A stretch of DNA of 64,000 bases from Lama glama (lineage: Eukaryota): positions 82,648,001 to 82,712,000 of the forward strand of contig CM052816.1 of NCBI GenBank assembly GCA_028534125.1, written 5' to 3'. The position numbers were made by a program, and so were the translations under genes. The notes under the pieces are model-generated. The model was not told the origin of the DNA and did no database searches. It worked only from the letters and a program-made list of their open reading frames with translations. Below, in pieces: positions 26,773 through 39,151 of the stretch. How positions within the stretch are numbered: the stretch's first letter is position 1; the number at the start of each line of letters is the position of its first letter.

Positions 26773-27272
26773 NNNNNNNNNNNNNNNNNNNNNNNNNNNN
26801 NNNNNNNNNNNNNNNNNNNNNNNNNNNNNNNNNNNNNNNNNNNNNNNNNNNNNNNNNNNNNNNNNNNNNNNNNNNNNNNNNNNNNNNNNNNNNNNNNNNN
26901 NNNNNNNNNNNNNNNNNNNNNNNNNNNNNNNNNNNNNNNNNNNNNNNNNNNNNNNNNNNNNNNNNNNNNNNNNNNNNNNNNNNNNNNNNNNNNNNNNNNN
27001 NNNNNNNNNNNNNNNNNNNNNNNNNNNNNNNNNNNNNNNNNNNNNNNNNNNNNNNNNNNNNNNNNNNNNNNNNNNNNNNNNNNNNNNNNNNNNNNNNNNN
27101 NNNNNNNNNNNNNNNNNNNNNNNNNNNNNNNNNNNNNNNNNNNNNNNNNNNNNNNNNNNNNNNNNNNNNNNNNNNNNNNNNNNNNNNNNNNNNNNNNNNN
27201 NNNNNNNNNNNNNNNNNNNNNNNNNNNNNNNNNNNNNNNNNNNNNNNNNNNNNNNNNNNNNNNNNNNNNNNN
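26773..27272. other. Assembly gap, exactly 500 N
   Basis: Counted directly; the round size indicates a scaffolding placeholder. Confidence 0.99.
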
Positions 27273-28384
27273 AGCTTTATTTTAACTAATTTTAAGAAGT
27301 TGTTTTATGTTCCTGGAAAAGGACAATGTTCTGTGATTTTTTTATACAGTTGAAGCAATTGACAGGAAGTAATTTATCCTTTTATTCCTCTGTACTCCAT
27401 TTTAGACTATGATCAAATTGGTAGTGTTAGTATTGACATAAAATATAGTTTACCACATAGGATAGATTGAAAGATACAGAACACTTCATACAAAATTTAC
27501 TCCAAGGATACATTTTGTGTAATAATATTCCTTTTCTGCATATAAATCATCTGCTAGCTATTGACAATATATTTCTTAAAGACTGCCATTACATTTTTTT
27601 TTTTAGGTAAAGGAGAAATCTCCTAAATGCTGCCCCTAAATCTTGAACTTCTTTATTTCGATTTTTTATAAATTTAGCATTGATTTGGAAATTCACCCTT
27701 GGTATGCATGTTCTGTTCTTTATTATGCATAAATCAAAAGGAAGCCAAAATTTTTTGAGAAAACTTTTCTTCTACATTTTGACCACCTCAGATTACCTGC
27801 TTGCTTCCATTTGGAGTGATGTGTCCCTTTGAAACTCGAGACAACTGAGAGTCAGTTCAGGTATTTCTGTTCCATGTTAATATCATTTCTGCTTCATTCT
27901 GAGCTGGATGGTGGAGACACAGCTACTGAGAATAGGTGGAGAGAGATGCTAAGACTATTTCCTTGTAAATTAAGGGACAATTAATTTTTTCCACAGGAGG
28001 GTGATGGTGATCGAATCAGGATTGTGTTGTTTAAATCATTTCTGTGGAATTCATGTGCCTCAGAATTTAGATTCATACTGATGTTCTTACCTGATGCCAA
28101 ACATTCCTTTACAGATTACTGCTTTCGTCAGAATTTCATTGGGTTCATTAACAACACAGGCAAAGCCTAGCAACAGCGGTATAAAAAACTATGGTCGCCT
28201 CTACTTTTCATTCTCCAGATACGCTACGATATAAGAAATTCAGTGTGCTAAAATGCTGAAGCAGCCACCCTTGCTCTCAGGACCATACAACTGTCAAATA
28301 TTGTGCAAAGTCTAAGGAATCAGTGTAAAAAAGTAAAATTGCAATACTGTAGTACATAGATTTTTTTAAATTCCTGGTAGTAGT

Positions 28385-28955
28385 TGAGACAGGAGGTAAG
28401 AGGGCAGGGCACAACCACTGAAGGAATGACATAGCAATTGAGGACAAACTTGTTAGAACCAAAATGGCAGAAGATTCAACTTCCAGTAGACCTTGAGCCT
28501 CATGGCATATCCACAGATGCTATGTCAGTTCCTAAGCTGACCATAAAAGATCCAAAAGTGGATTGGGCCCAATTCCTGGAAATCCCCTCCCCTCCTCCAG
28601 AATAGTTTGGGTAATCCTCCTACTCATTAGCATACGAAATTACCGATCCCATAAAAACTAACAACTATGCACCTCATGGTCTCTCTCTCTTGCCTTCTGA
28701 GATGGACTGCACTTTGTCTACGGTATATTTACTTTTACTTTAAACATCTCATATCTCGCAGTCTCTTTCCCTCTTGCCTTTTGAGATGGCCCGTATTCTG
28801 TTTATGGAGTGTGTATCTCCTGACATGCTTTCCCTTTTGAGTGAGACAGACCTCACTCTCTCTATGGAGTGTATATCTCTTTAAACTTGCTTTCACTTTA
28901 CTATGTCTTGCTCTTGAACTCTTTCCTGCATTAGGCAAGAACCTATTCTCTGGCA
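28385..28955 (+). mobile_element. ERV1-like solo LTR with internal triplicated segment
   Basis: Starts TGAGAC, ends ggCA; flanks gtagt/gtaat (4/5 match); TATA-like cataaaaa near 28650. Confidence 0.75.
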
Positions 28956-30199
28956 GTAATGGACCTCTAGAAAAGTCATAAAAAACAATCCATAAGAATT
29001 TCTTACCCAGTTGCTAAGTTGCCCTGATTACCTCATGTCCTCATTGGCCAAGAGGTAAGGTTCCTAAAGGAGATAAATGACATTTTAAAGTCTTGATGCC
29101 ATTATTCAAAATCAGGCTTCAGTATCTCTGTAGAATCTGTTTTTTTTTCCATTTTTAGCTAAACTTATGTTTGCACATAAACATAAGAACGAGACTAAGT
29201 AGAAAGGAGAGCTCTATCATCTACTTCTCTGGGAAGAATGGATGATAAAATCAAGATAGCTCACCAGTGAGTCTTCTGATTCCATACTGGTTGCAATAGG
29301 GTAGGATATATGAACTCAAGACAGCTTTATTCCAACTTAAATATGACTTGGGACATAATATCATATCAGACCTGAAAAAATTAAAAGGGATTGCTATCTT
29401 CTCCTGTGTATGACTGTGTGTGTGTCTGTCTGTGAGTGTGTTTGTGAAATACGTATGTCAAATGGTAGTGAGTAGCCCAGGATACTGGGAATACAACTGT
29501 AGAGTGGCTGTATTATCTGAATTGTTGAAGAAAAGAATTGAGCTGAGGTTGAAAACAGCAGCCATTTTTAAACTTCAAGTGTCAATCAAAAGTAACTATC
29601 TGTTTCATTAGAGATGGAGGTATGAATTAATTTTGAAAGATTCCTTCATTTTAGAAAACTAATAGAGATTCTATGGTAAAGCAACAGTACTCTTCTTCAG
29701 CAGGGAGGGGCTAGGCAAGGGGAGATAAAATGAACTTCATAATAAGATACAAAAGTTTTCCTTAATATTTCAGGTAGGAGCTGGATCCTGAAGATTTTAA
29801 TGTAACTACTCACTGGTGGAACTGGTTTGTGGAGCAAGCTGGATTCTGCTAGGGGTGAGCGGAAAGAAACTTTCATTTTATTCACACCTTCTTCAAATTG
29901 GCTTTGTTGACTCACTCTTTCCTACCCATTCACTAAATAAAAGTGTTCACAGATGCCATGGATTATGTTTCAAACTTCTCAGGTATTAATAAATATTCAT
30001 AATTTAGAGGTGTTAAAAACTCCAGTTTCACCAAATTAAAGCTTTTCTATCTCATCTCCCTTCTCCTGTGCCCAGCTTTGGTTGGATCCAGGTCTGAAAA
30101 CCCAACAGTGAGTTTAATAATGAAAGTTTCAAACTGAAAAAAAAAAAAAGCTATCGCTGTTTAAATCTTAACTATAATATATTTTTCATTTTAGATCCA

Positions 30200-32380
30200 A
30201 TGGGGAAAATCTATTTTAATAGAAATTCTAAACATTTGCCCTCTCCCAAATTGAAGAATCCATAATCATATAAGAAGAAAAAAAATCACAGATTTATGCT
30301 TACACTAGATACCAGGCCCATATGGTTTGAAAAATGCTTAGTGTTTAAATACTGGTAAAATTAATTTCCAAAGTGCATAAAATATTCCATATTACAAAAG
30401 AGGATAAGAAGCTATTCAATGTATTTTATGATACTAATATTCCCACTAGCAACACTAGGTAACGGCAGCCTAAAAAAATGAAAGAATAAAGGAAAACACA
30501 CAGGTTAACTTTAATCAAGCAAACAAACAACAAAGTAGATCCAAAACCATGTCAATCTCATATATCCATGAAGAGGTGTGCATCTTAACTAAAACATTAT
30601 CAAAATAAGTATATTAGTGTATTAATATAATAATGTATTATAACCATGTAAGTTCTCACTCAAGCTTTGCAATAAGATAATTTACATTAAAAATAACATT
30701 GGATTGAAAATATTTATAAATACATTAAAGCAAAAATACATTAATCTTAATTGAGGCTCCAAATATACTTGTGAAAATTCAACATCCATTTCTGATATGT
30801 GTGTGTTTGCTTGACAAAGAGGAGACAGAGGGAGAGAAAGAAATTTTCAGCAATACTCATACTTAGTGAAGAAAATATTAAAAGCAATCCAAATTAAATA
30901 ACATAGGCAAGATGACTGCCCTCACTAATGCTGTTCAGTAATAAAAAGCCACCAGTTAAAGAAATACTATGAAGAGAAATAAAAGTATAAACACAAGAAC
31001 AGGAGAGACAAGTCTTTCATTATTGGTAGAAAATATGTATTCGTATAGAAAATGCAGTAAAATCAATTGAGAAACATTAATATAAGAGATTTTAATGATA
31101 TGAGCAGATGTGCTATTAACAGAAAGATTAATAGATTTATTCTGCATTGACAGAGCCATTTCAAAATAAGAAAGAAGTTTTCAACTAAAATAGCAGCAAA
31201 ATTATAAGATAAATTGTAACAGAGCTAATCAGAATATACAATACCCATAAAAAGAGAAATATAAAACTGAATAAAGAGAAGCTGGTTAAATAGAGACAGA
31301 CTGAGTTTTTGTATAGAAATCTTGTTGTAATTTTTCATTTCTCCTTTAATTCATATATAAATATTGGGCAATGCTACTAAGAAATTGGCACAGTGTTTTC
31401 ATTTTACTTGACAAACTAATTGTAAAACTCACAAACTCACATGAAAGGAAAAAGAAGAAGTTGCCAGGGTAATTTTGTAAAAATTGTAAAACAAAATAGT
31501 AGGCTCAGAAAATACTTAGTTTGAGAATTAACTCAAACTAAACATGTGACATTTAGAGACATTAAATAAAAACTAATAGGTCAATAAATCATTTTGTGAT
31601 CATTGGCTATTTGAAAAATAACAAATGTAAATCTGTAAAATGCCGTTCACCAAAATAAATTTCTGATGACTTTAAGAAAAATAGACAAAAATACTTTATA
31701 GAAGAAAAATTTCAAAAGTCACTAAGTTTAGGATATTTCAGTAGCAAAGATCATCTTAGACACACTATGAAATGCAAGGCAAAAGATAGATTACATTGAT
31801 GGATTGTAAACTTCTGACCCAAAAAGAAACATTATTTTAAAAAGTGTAAAAAACCAAGAGATTGAAAGGAAATATTTCAGACATTTATAACAAGTCAAAA
31901 AGAAAAAAGACAAATATTTAAATAGGATGTAGAATACAGAATGAGAACTGCCAATTTATTGAATGAGACATTCTAAACTTTAGTAATAGATGAATGTTAA
32001 ATATTGCTGGTAATCAAGAAAAGCACAACTAAAGTTAAGAAATGTCCTTACTTACAAATTAACATGACCAAAAAAACGAAAGTCTGAATCTATCCAATGT
32101 AGGTAGCATTTGATATAGATGTTGGAGTATAAATGGTTACAGGCATGTTGGAGGGCTTTTTAACAATACGTATTAAAATACCACATACTTGCATCTCTTC
32201 CGTTACATATACGTTCAAAGCAACTGTCACAATAATGATGGTGACAGGGAGATTTAAGATAGGAAAAGAAAAGAAAGCAAATGTAAAAATTCATTTAGAG
32301 GCAATTATTTGAAGAAACCACATAGAAACATATCATGTATAATCCAATGCAATCATGAAAATAATATTAAAGATACTTAT
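30200..32380 (+). mobile_element. Highly degraded L1ME-type ORF2 region
   Basis: A-rich strand with L1 RT-region remnants (aaaattcaacatccatttctgat; tataaatggttacaggcatgttggaggg); no intact ORF. Confidence 0.65.
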
Positions 32381-33970
32381 GTATATTTATAAAATATTAT
32401 CAGTATATTTCAAAAACCTCTATATGCCAGACATTGACTTATATAAGAATGAATCGTATTAACTGGAATAATCTTCCAAAAAACCTATGAGACAAAAATA
32501 CCATTATAGCCACTTCCCAGGTGGGAATAACAAGTCAGAGAGACGCTATTTAAAATGAAAACAGAAACAGCACTATGCTTTTCCTTATATTCTTATGTAA
32601 GTGTGTCATTATATTGAACAACCTAGAAAGAAGAAAAGTAAACTGATAGTGGTGGTTGTCTTTACAGATTGGGGTTGCATGTGAGCATAGTATTCATGAG
32701 AAATCAGCTTAACTATTTTTTTTAAACTTACTGCCCATTATTTAAACAAAATTAGTTGTTTTACTAATTATTTAAAAAATGTACTTAATGTAAGAGATGT
32801 AGATCCAGGATAGGTAGTTTATTAAATTGTATCTTTAAAACAAAATCTTTGTCTGGAAATACTCTTAATTAAATACCTCAGATATTTTATTGGACCAATG
32901 AGTTTTTTAAAAAATTCCATATGCAATGAAAAATACATAGTAAATATCATAAATGTACATAGTAAATATTTAAAAATCAATTAAAATTCAAGTTCAATTT
33001 AAATAAAATCTAAATTATTTATGAAACAATGTAAATGTCAAAAGGCATAGTAAAATGTATCTCAGTTCAAAAGATCTCAGTACTTTCAAACATCATGAAC
33101 TGCATGTACAATATAGGAACAAAAGTGAAGCATAAATTTAAGTTAACTGTAATGTTTAGGGAATAGGAGCTTCTGCTTAATTAAACCTTTCTGGTGTCAG
33201 TACTTGTTTGGTTAGTATGTTTTCCCCCTACATATTGAACATAATTGAATATTTAAGATACGATTTTTGAGAGGGCTCAAATAACCAAAATGATGTAGGT
33301 ATGTTAAAAGGATCAACCTGAAAGAGTTATCAGTAGCCGAAGTTGCAATAAAATATATAATATACTATTGCATTATAACCCAAAGTAGAAAATAAATATT
33401 CATGTATATCTATTGCTATAAATAAGTGACTGAATAATTAAGTAAATAGAGGAGATGACAATCTGAAGTACAGAAGAATTCCAAAAAATTATACAGGTAC
33501 TCATCCCTCAAGGAGTTAGAACTTAACTCTCCATCCCTTAAGTGTGAGTGGAGCTTAATGATTTGCTTCCAAAGAGCAGTGTACGGAAAGGACAAAAAAA
33601 AAAACAAAACCCAAAAACTTCAGAGTGGAGAAACCAAACAAACACTATCTCAGCTGGGTGATCAAGTTAACATCACCAGTGGTAAATCATATTGAAATAT
33701 GTACCCTTCATCTGACAGGGCAACAATGACACTTCACCTCTGTGGTCTTCCTCTCCAAAACCTATACATTTTTTTTTCTAACCATCAGACAAACCTAACT
33801 GAGGAACGTTCTACAAAATATCTGGGCAGTACTCAAAATTCTTAGTTACTGAATGCATGGAAATTCTGAGAAACCCCCCTCAGTAAAGAAGTGGCTAAGG
33901 ACAGATGACAGACAACTAAACGCTGTATAGTAATGCGGACTGAAACTTGGGAGAGAAAAAATAACATTAA

Positions 33971-34123
33971 CAGTCATTCTACTCCTGGGTATATATCTGA
34001 AAACAAAAACAAAAACACTAATAGATATATGCACCCCAATGTTCACAGCAGCTTACTCAAAATTGCAAAGGTATGGAAGTAATTCAAGTGTCCATCAACA
34101 GATAAGTGGATAAAGAAGATGTG

Positions 34124-34170
<47 letters not shown>

Positions 34171-34603
34171 TATATATAATGAAATACTACTCAGCCATAA
34201 AAAACACTAAATGAAATTTGCCATTTGCAGAAACCTGGATGGATTTAGAGGGTCTTATTCTAAGTTGAAATGTCACACAGATAAAGACTAATATTATATG
34301 GTATCACATATGTGGAATCTAAAAAATACAACAAACTAGTGAATATAACAAAAAATAAGCAGACTCACAGGTCTAGAGAACAATCTAGAGGTTACCAGTG
34401 TGGGAAGTGAAACAATACAGAGATGGGAGAGTGTGAGCTACAAACTATTGGGTACAAGATAGGCTCAAGGCTGTATTGTACAACACGGGGAGTATAGCCA
34501 ATATTTTGCAATACCTGTAAATGGAAAGTAGCCTTTAAAATCATATAAATTAAAAAAATAAAAACAAACAAGCCTACTGAGTTGGATAATACAAAAAAAA
34601 AAA
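33971..34603 (+). mobile_element. Younger 5'-truncated L1 (ORF2 end plus 3' UTR)
   Basis: attctactcctgggtatatatc...gtgtccatcaacagataagtggataaagaagatgtg...tatagccaatattttgcaata and A-rich tail. Confidence 0.88.
34126..34164 (+). repeat. (CA)n microsatellite, about 19 units
   Basis: Direct perfect run inside the L1. Confidence 0.97.
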
Positions 34604-35878
34604 GAATATATCAATGTCAGTTCATTGTTTGTGAAAATGTCCCATAATAATGCAAGATGTTAGTGGTAGGGCAAGCTGGCTGTGGGGTAAACAAGAACTC
34701 TCTCTAAGTCTTTACAAATTTTCTGTAAATACAAAACTACTCTAAAATAAAACATTTATTTATAAAGGAATTGATTATATAGACATATTTTGGGGTCATT
34801 ACCATTTCAACATGAGTAAACAGGGCAGTATACATCATGGTGAAACAGGTGTATGGATATAAATGACTAGAAATAGGAATGCTTATGAACAAGGGAAAAT
34901 AATGTGGTCATTTATTTTTTAAATATATAATCTGGGTTTGTTTTGAGACTTGCTTATATATTTATGATAAAATGTAAGCAAAGTGAGAGTTAATTGTGGG
35001 TTTGATTATCTGAGATCTGTTTTTAATTAGCATTGTTTCACATTTTTGAGTCTACAAGCATCTCCTCCTACTTCAGCCATAGTTTAATCTCCCACTAAAA
35101 GTTGATGAGTCAAGGAATTAAATTGATGGGTGTCAACTGCTGCACGTCAGACATTCATGAACTTAGCTACCTCATTAATGTAAGTAATTGTTCTGGCTGC
35201 TAAGACTGTTGGAGACTTTAGACACATCTGTCCATGCAGTTGCTCTCCACTTCTGTGGGTCAGAATAGATCTACTTATTAAACATTGTAAAATGGCAAAG
35301 AAGAGAAAGAGAGAAAAAAAACCCAAAACATTGTTAGGAAACAATCAGTTATTTTCTGAATGTAGAAACAGAAAACACAAAATCTTCCACTGTAGTTTAA
35401 TGGATGTTGTCACTGAAAGGAATGTCAGCTTTTTCTCTATAACTGTGAAGTCTGCCTGTATTAATTGCTTGTGTTTAAAAATAGCTATATATGAAAAATT
35501 TTTAAACTCACCTACTTACAATAAAAAAAGCCCTTGAAAATAAAACTGAGTTGAAATAATGTTAAAATAAATGAGAATTCCATGGTTTTCCTTTCTAAAC
35601 TAGCCCTCTTCTATTTTACAACTTTTGAGTTACGCAGTATTTAGGTGGGTATTTACTTGTAGATCCATGTATAACAAATATGGGGATATGAAAAAGATAC
35701 TGATTTTTTAGTTTTATTTATGTCATCCTTAAAAAATAAGAAAACGACATTAATCATAAGAGAAGAAAAAAGGTCACCTGAATTCTCTCTCCTTCTGTCT
35801 GTCTCTCTCAGGTATTTTTTGTGACAGTTGCAGAGTTAACATATCTTTTGCACCTGTTATGTAATTGGTGTACAGATG

Positions 35879-36320
35879 CTGTAAGTTCCTTGCCCGAAAT
35901 ATCTGCACCTTACCATAACAGCCAACTCCAGTGGCCTTCTAATTGTCAGGATATTTATCTCGGTATCTGAAAGCTTTATCTGAAAGCTTTTCTCCTTCCA
36001 GGGTCACACTGACATGCCAGGGAATTATACTCCCCAGGCATAGCATAAACCGCAAGAGGAACAAGAGTCGGTAGATAAAACACGCCAGCTCCCTCTTTCT
36101 TTACTCCCAGGACAGAAAAAAATGCTGAAATGTGTTTATATCCTTTCCCATAATCTCTCCATGTGGTTAAATTCTAGATGGTCACTGTGGGTGCTGGCTT
36201 CCTACTCTTTCTCATCTCACCCCTCCACTACTCTGAGATGGTTTCTGCATCTCCCAGGTAAGTCCCTTGCACTAGCATCCTTACCTTGGCCTCTGCTTTC
36301 GAGGGAGAGATTAAGAAAGG
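35879..36320 (+). mobile_element. LTR16-like (ERVL) LTR remnant
   Basis: 3' end cccttgcactagcatccttaccttggcctctgctttcgaggg...ttaaga resembles the LTR16 terminus. Confidence 0.55.
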
Positions 36321-37374
36321 TGGTCTGGGTGACTGTGGAGAAGAAAATAGACGAGAAGGACAAAGTGGTTTGTTTCTAAATAAGTAAAATCTTAAGTCTG
36401 GGCAGTTTTTGTATGCAACCAATGGCGAAAGTAAAATATTCACTTTAACACTTTTTTCATCTCATATGTCATTTGCTATACCACTATAGATAATTTTCTT
36501 AAATTCCTTTAATATTTGAATATTTCATTACCTATCACTAGTAACATTTTGTCAATTAAAACATAAGAAGTATGCTATATAGGGGCAATTAAGTGATTTA
36601 TATGAGGCTGTAACATTGAGCAAATTTTCATGTGTCATAATGTTTTTAATACATAAATGACAGCAATATTTTTGTTTTATGATAAAATCAAAAACATGCA
36701 CACTTTGATAAATAAACAATAGACTATAGTAATCTCACTATTAGTGTCACAAAGGGCAGAATTTCTTTAAGGAAAAAGGAAGACAGAAAATACTAAATAG
36801 GCATGAAGGCATGTGTCTTAAACCTCCCAGGAAGGGCTTTCTATGAGTAACGAGTAAATTAACTACATTAGTTCCACATTCACCACCGAAAGTGGAGGAC
36901 TTTATGGTCCAATGCAGCATGAAGGAAGGTGTATTAAAGCAGTATATCTCAGATCGCTCACTGAATTTATTCATTTATTTATTAAATATTTGCTAAACAC
37001 ACATTTTGCAATTTGCTATTTTGTATCACTGCACTTTATACTTTGAAGATTTTTTAAACTGAGGTTTTATTTCTTTCTACTAAGTAAACTTTGAAAAGTG
37101 TATTAATTTCATGAGCTTCAAAGACCACTTATTTTACCGCTGCAAAGTGGAGAGCAAGTTTATCCTTCATACATTGAGTGGAGGTTGTATCTTTGCTAGG
37201 TTCTGATGTTGCAGCTTATAACTCAGCACCCTGGGGTTCACAGAATTTTAGGAAAGAAACAGGGTTCTGTGAAAGACAATTTCAGAGAAGTCTAAAGGAG
37301 ATTGTGATGGATGCAATATTTTATAATAGTATTAATTATTTTGCTATTTTATAACAACAGTGTTAATTATTAAG

Positions 37375-37610
37375 CTATTAATAAAGGTTTCTGTTTATTG
37401 TGCATTTATATTAGCTAGACATTCTTCAAGACTCTTTTATTATCTTATTTAATTTTTAGACTAACCCTGTAAGATAACTCTTTGTCGATCATTTTATTTG
37501 TGAGAAAATGGAAGCTCAAAGCAGCAAACTGAATTATCCAAGACAAAACAGGAGTTCAGGGAAGAAACGCAAACACAGAAACATTTAACTTTGAAGCCCA
37601 TACTTCTTAA
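37375..37610 (-). mobile_element. MIR
   Basis: tttattgtgcatttata...aaccctgtaagata...cattttatttgtgagaaaatggaagctcaaa. Confidence 0.65.
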
Positions 37611-39151
37611 AAGTAAGTGATGTCTAAGTAATCATTTTTAGGTTAAAAATAATTTTTACATGTATGTGCAGTGTATTAGCATTTTTCTGAGTAAAAAATT
37701 AAAAATACAAATAGCTGACACTTGAAAAATTTAGGGTCTTTTTGAAAAAGGAAATTCTTATCCATATTGGTAATAGAAAAGACAAAGAAATCTCTAAAAT
37801 CATTTCTTGAACTTAATGATCTTAAGATCCTTATTTTTCTCTTAGTGACACTCTTCTTGCCTGAAAGTGTAGTATTTTTTTCTTTTTTGCCTCTAGTATA
37901 TATTTGCCATGGGATACAAAGAAGGAATGCATGAATTCTTAAAGAAAGGACATTAATATAATTTTCCCACTTGGTAATGAGATGATTCTATCAAAACTAG
38001 TATGACAATATAAATTTATTCCTTATAAATGTCTTAAGTTATAAATCATGTGACTAATTTATGTGAATTAAGAACACCAGCTCCCTTCATTGTAAAAATG
38101 ACTTTTTATACTTGAAAAGAAGTTTAACAAACAGCTACTTTTTTCCTGCCTTCCTCTACATTTGTGGTCTAAACCACATATTTAAATTGCACGTTTGTTA
38201 AACTGTATTTATATATAACAACTTTTATCTTCGTAATTCTTGTGTCATGGGATGGTATTTATTTACTTTATTGTTTCAATGTTCTTTGGCTGTCTAAAAT
38301 TATTTTACATAATAAATTAATTTGTAAAAGTCTTTAGGATTGTATCATTTAATGGAAATTTTTTATGTTCATTTATATTATTTTATCTTGGCTGATTCAG
38401 TAATTCATTAGAGAGAACTGTTTTTGGATTTGCTAGCACAGAGACAGGAAATGACAGACAAGTATCACCCCAAAATAACAACCTTATTAACAACTATTCA
38501 ATGAGTTTAATCCTTTCTGGAATGCTACCACCATTTATTTTTTGGCACACTGACATACTAGATTTTATACCAGTAGTTTTCATGCACACACCGGAAACAT
38601 TCTTCTAATTATCAAAGCACTTGGGAAAATTCAACCTGAACTGACCTGAGCTTCTACTATGAAAAGGAATGGGATACGACATTAAAAGTTATCAGTCTAT
38701 TATCAAGAGATAAAAGAAGAGAGAAACTCATGAGTGAACTAAAATATGCTCAACAAAGATTAGGCAGTCTTAATTGCTGCCAATGATTACTGTTCACATA
38801 GAGACACTGGGAGAAAGATATGTCAGTTTCTTCCATTCAAATATGAAAGCTTTTCCAAAATGACTAATTAAGAATCACTCGTTCAAAATTGAAAATTTTA
38901 CTTGAGTTAGAATGTGCATAGTTGTATGCCATCGGATTTGAGTTCACAGAAGTTTACATGATATACAAATTATGAAACCATACATTAAAACTTTACTTAA
39001 AATTATATATGTATATGTTAAAACTTTACTTAAGACAAATACTTGTTGAATTAAATAAAGACTGGATAAATAAAATGGACAAGTAACTTTTAGATAATTT
39101 TGATTTAGTTTAAAATATTTATCAAGTACTTATCTATAAGCAAAGCAAAGC

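Larger units (their letters stand above)
33285..34760 (+). mobile_element. L1MC-type 3' UTR hosting a younger L1
   Basis: cagagtggagaaacc...cacttcacctctgtggtcttcctc; resumes atgcaagatgttag...ttctgtaaatacaaaactactctaaaataaaa. Confidence 0.8.

Noticed and set aside
26726..27353. The two longest ORFs (187 and 203 aa)
   Set aside because: They are open only because they cross the 500-N gap.
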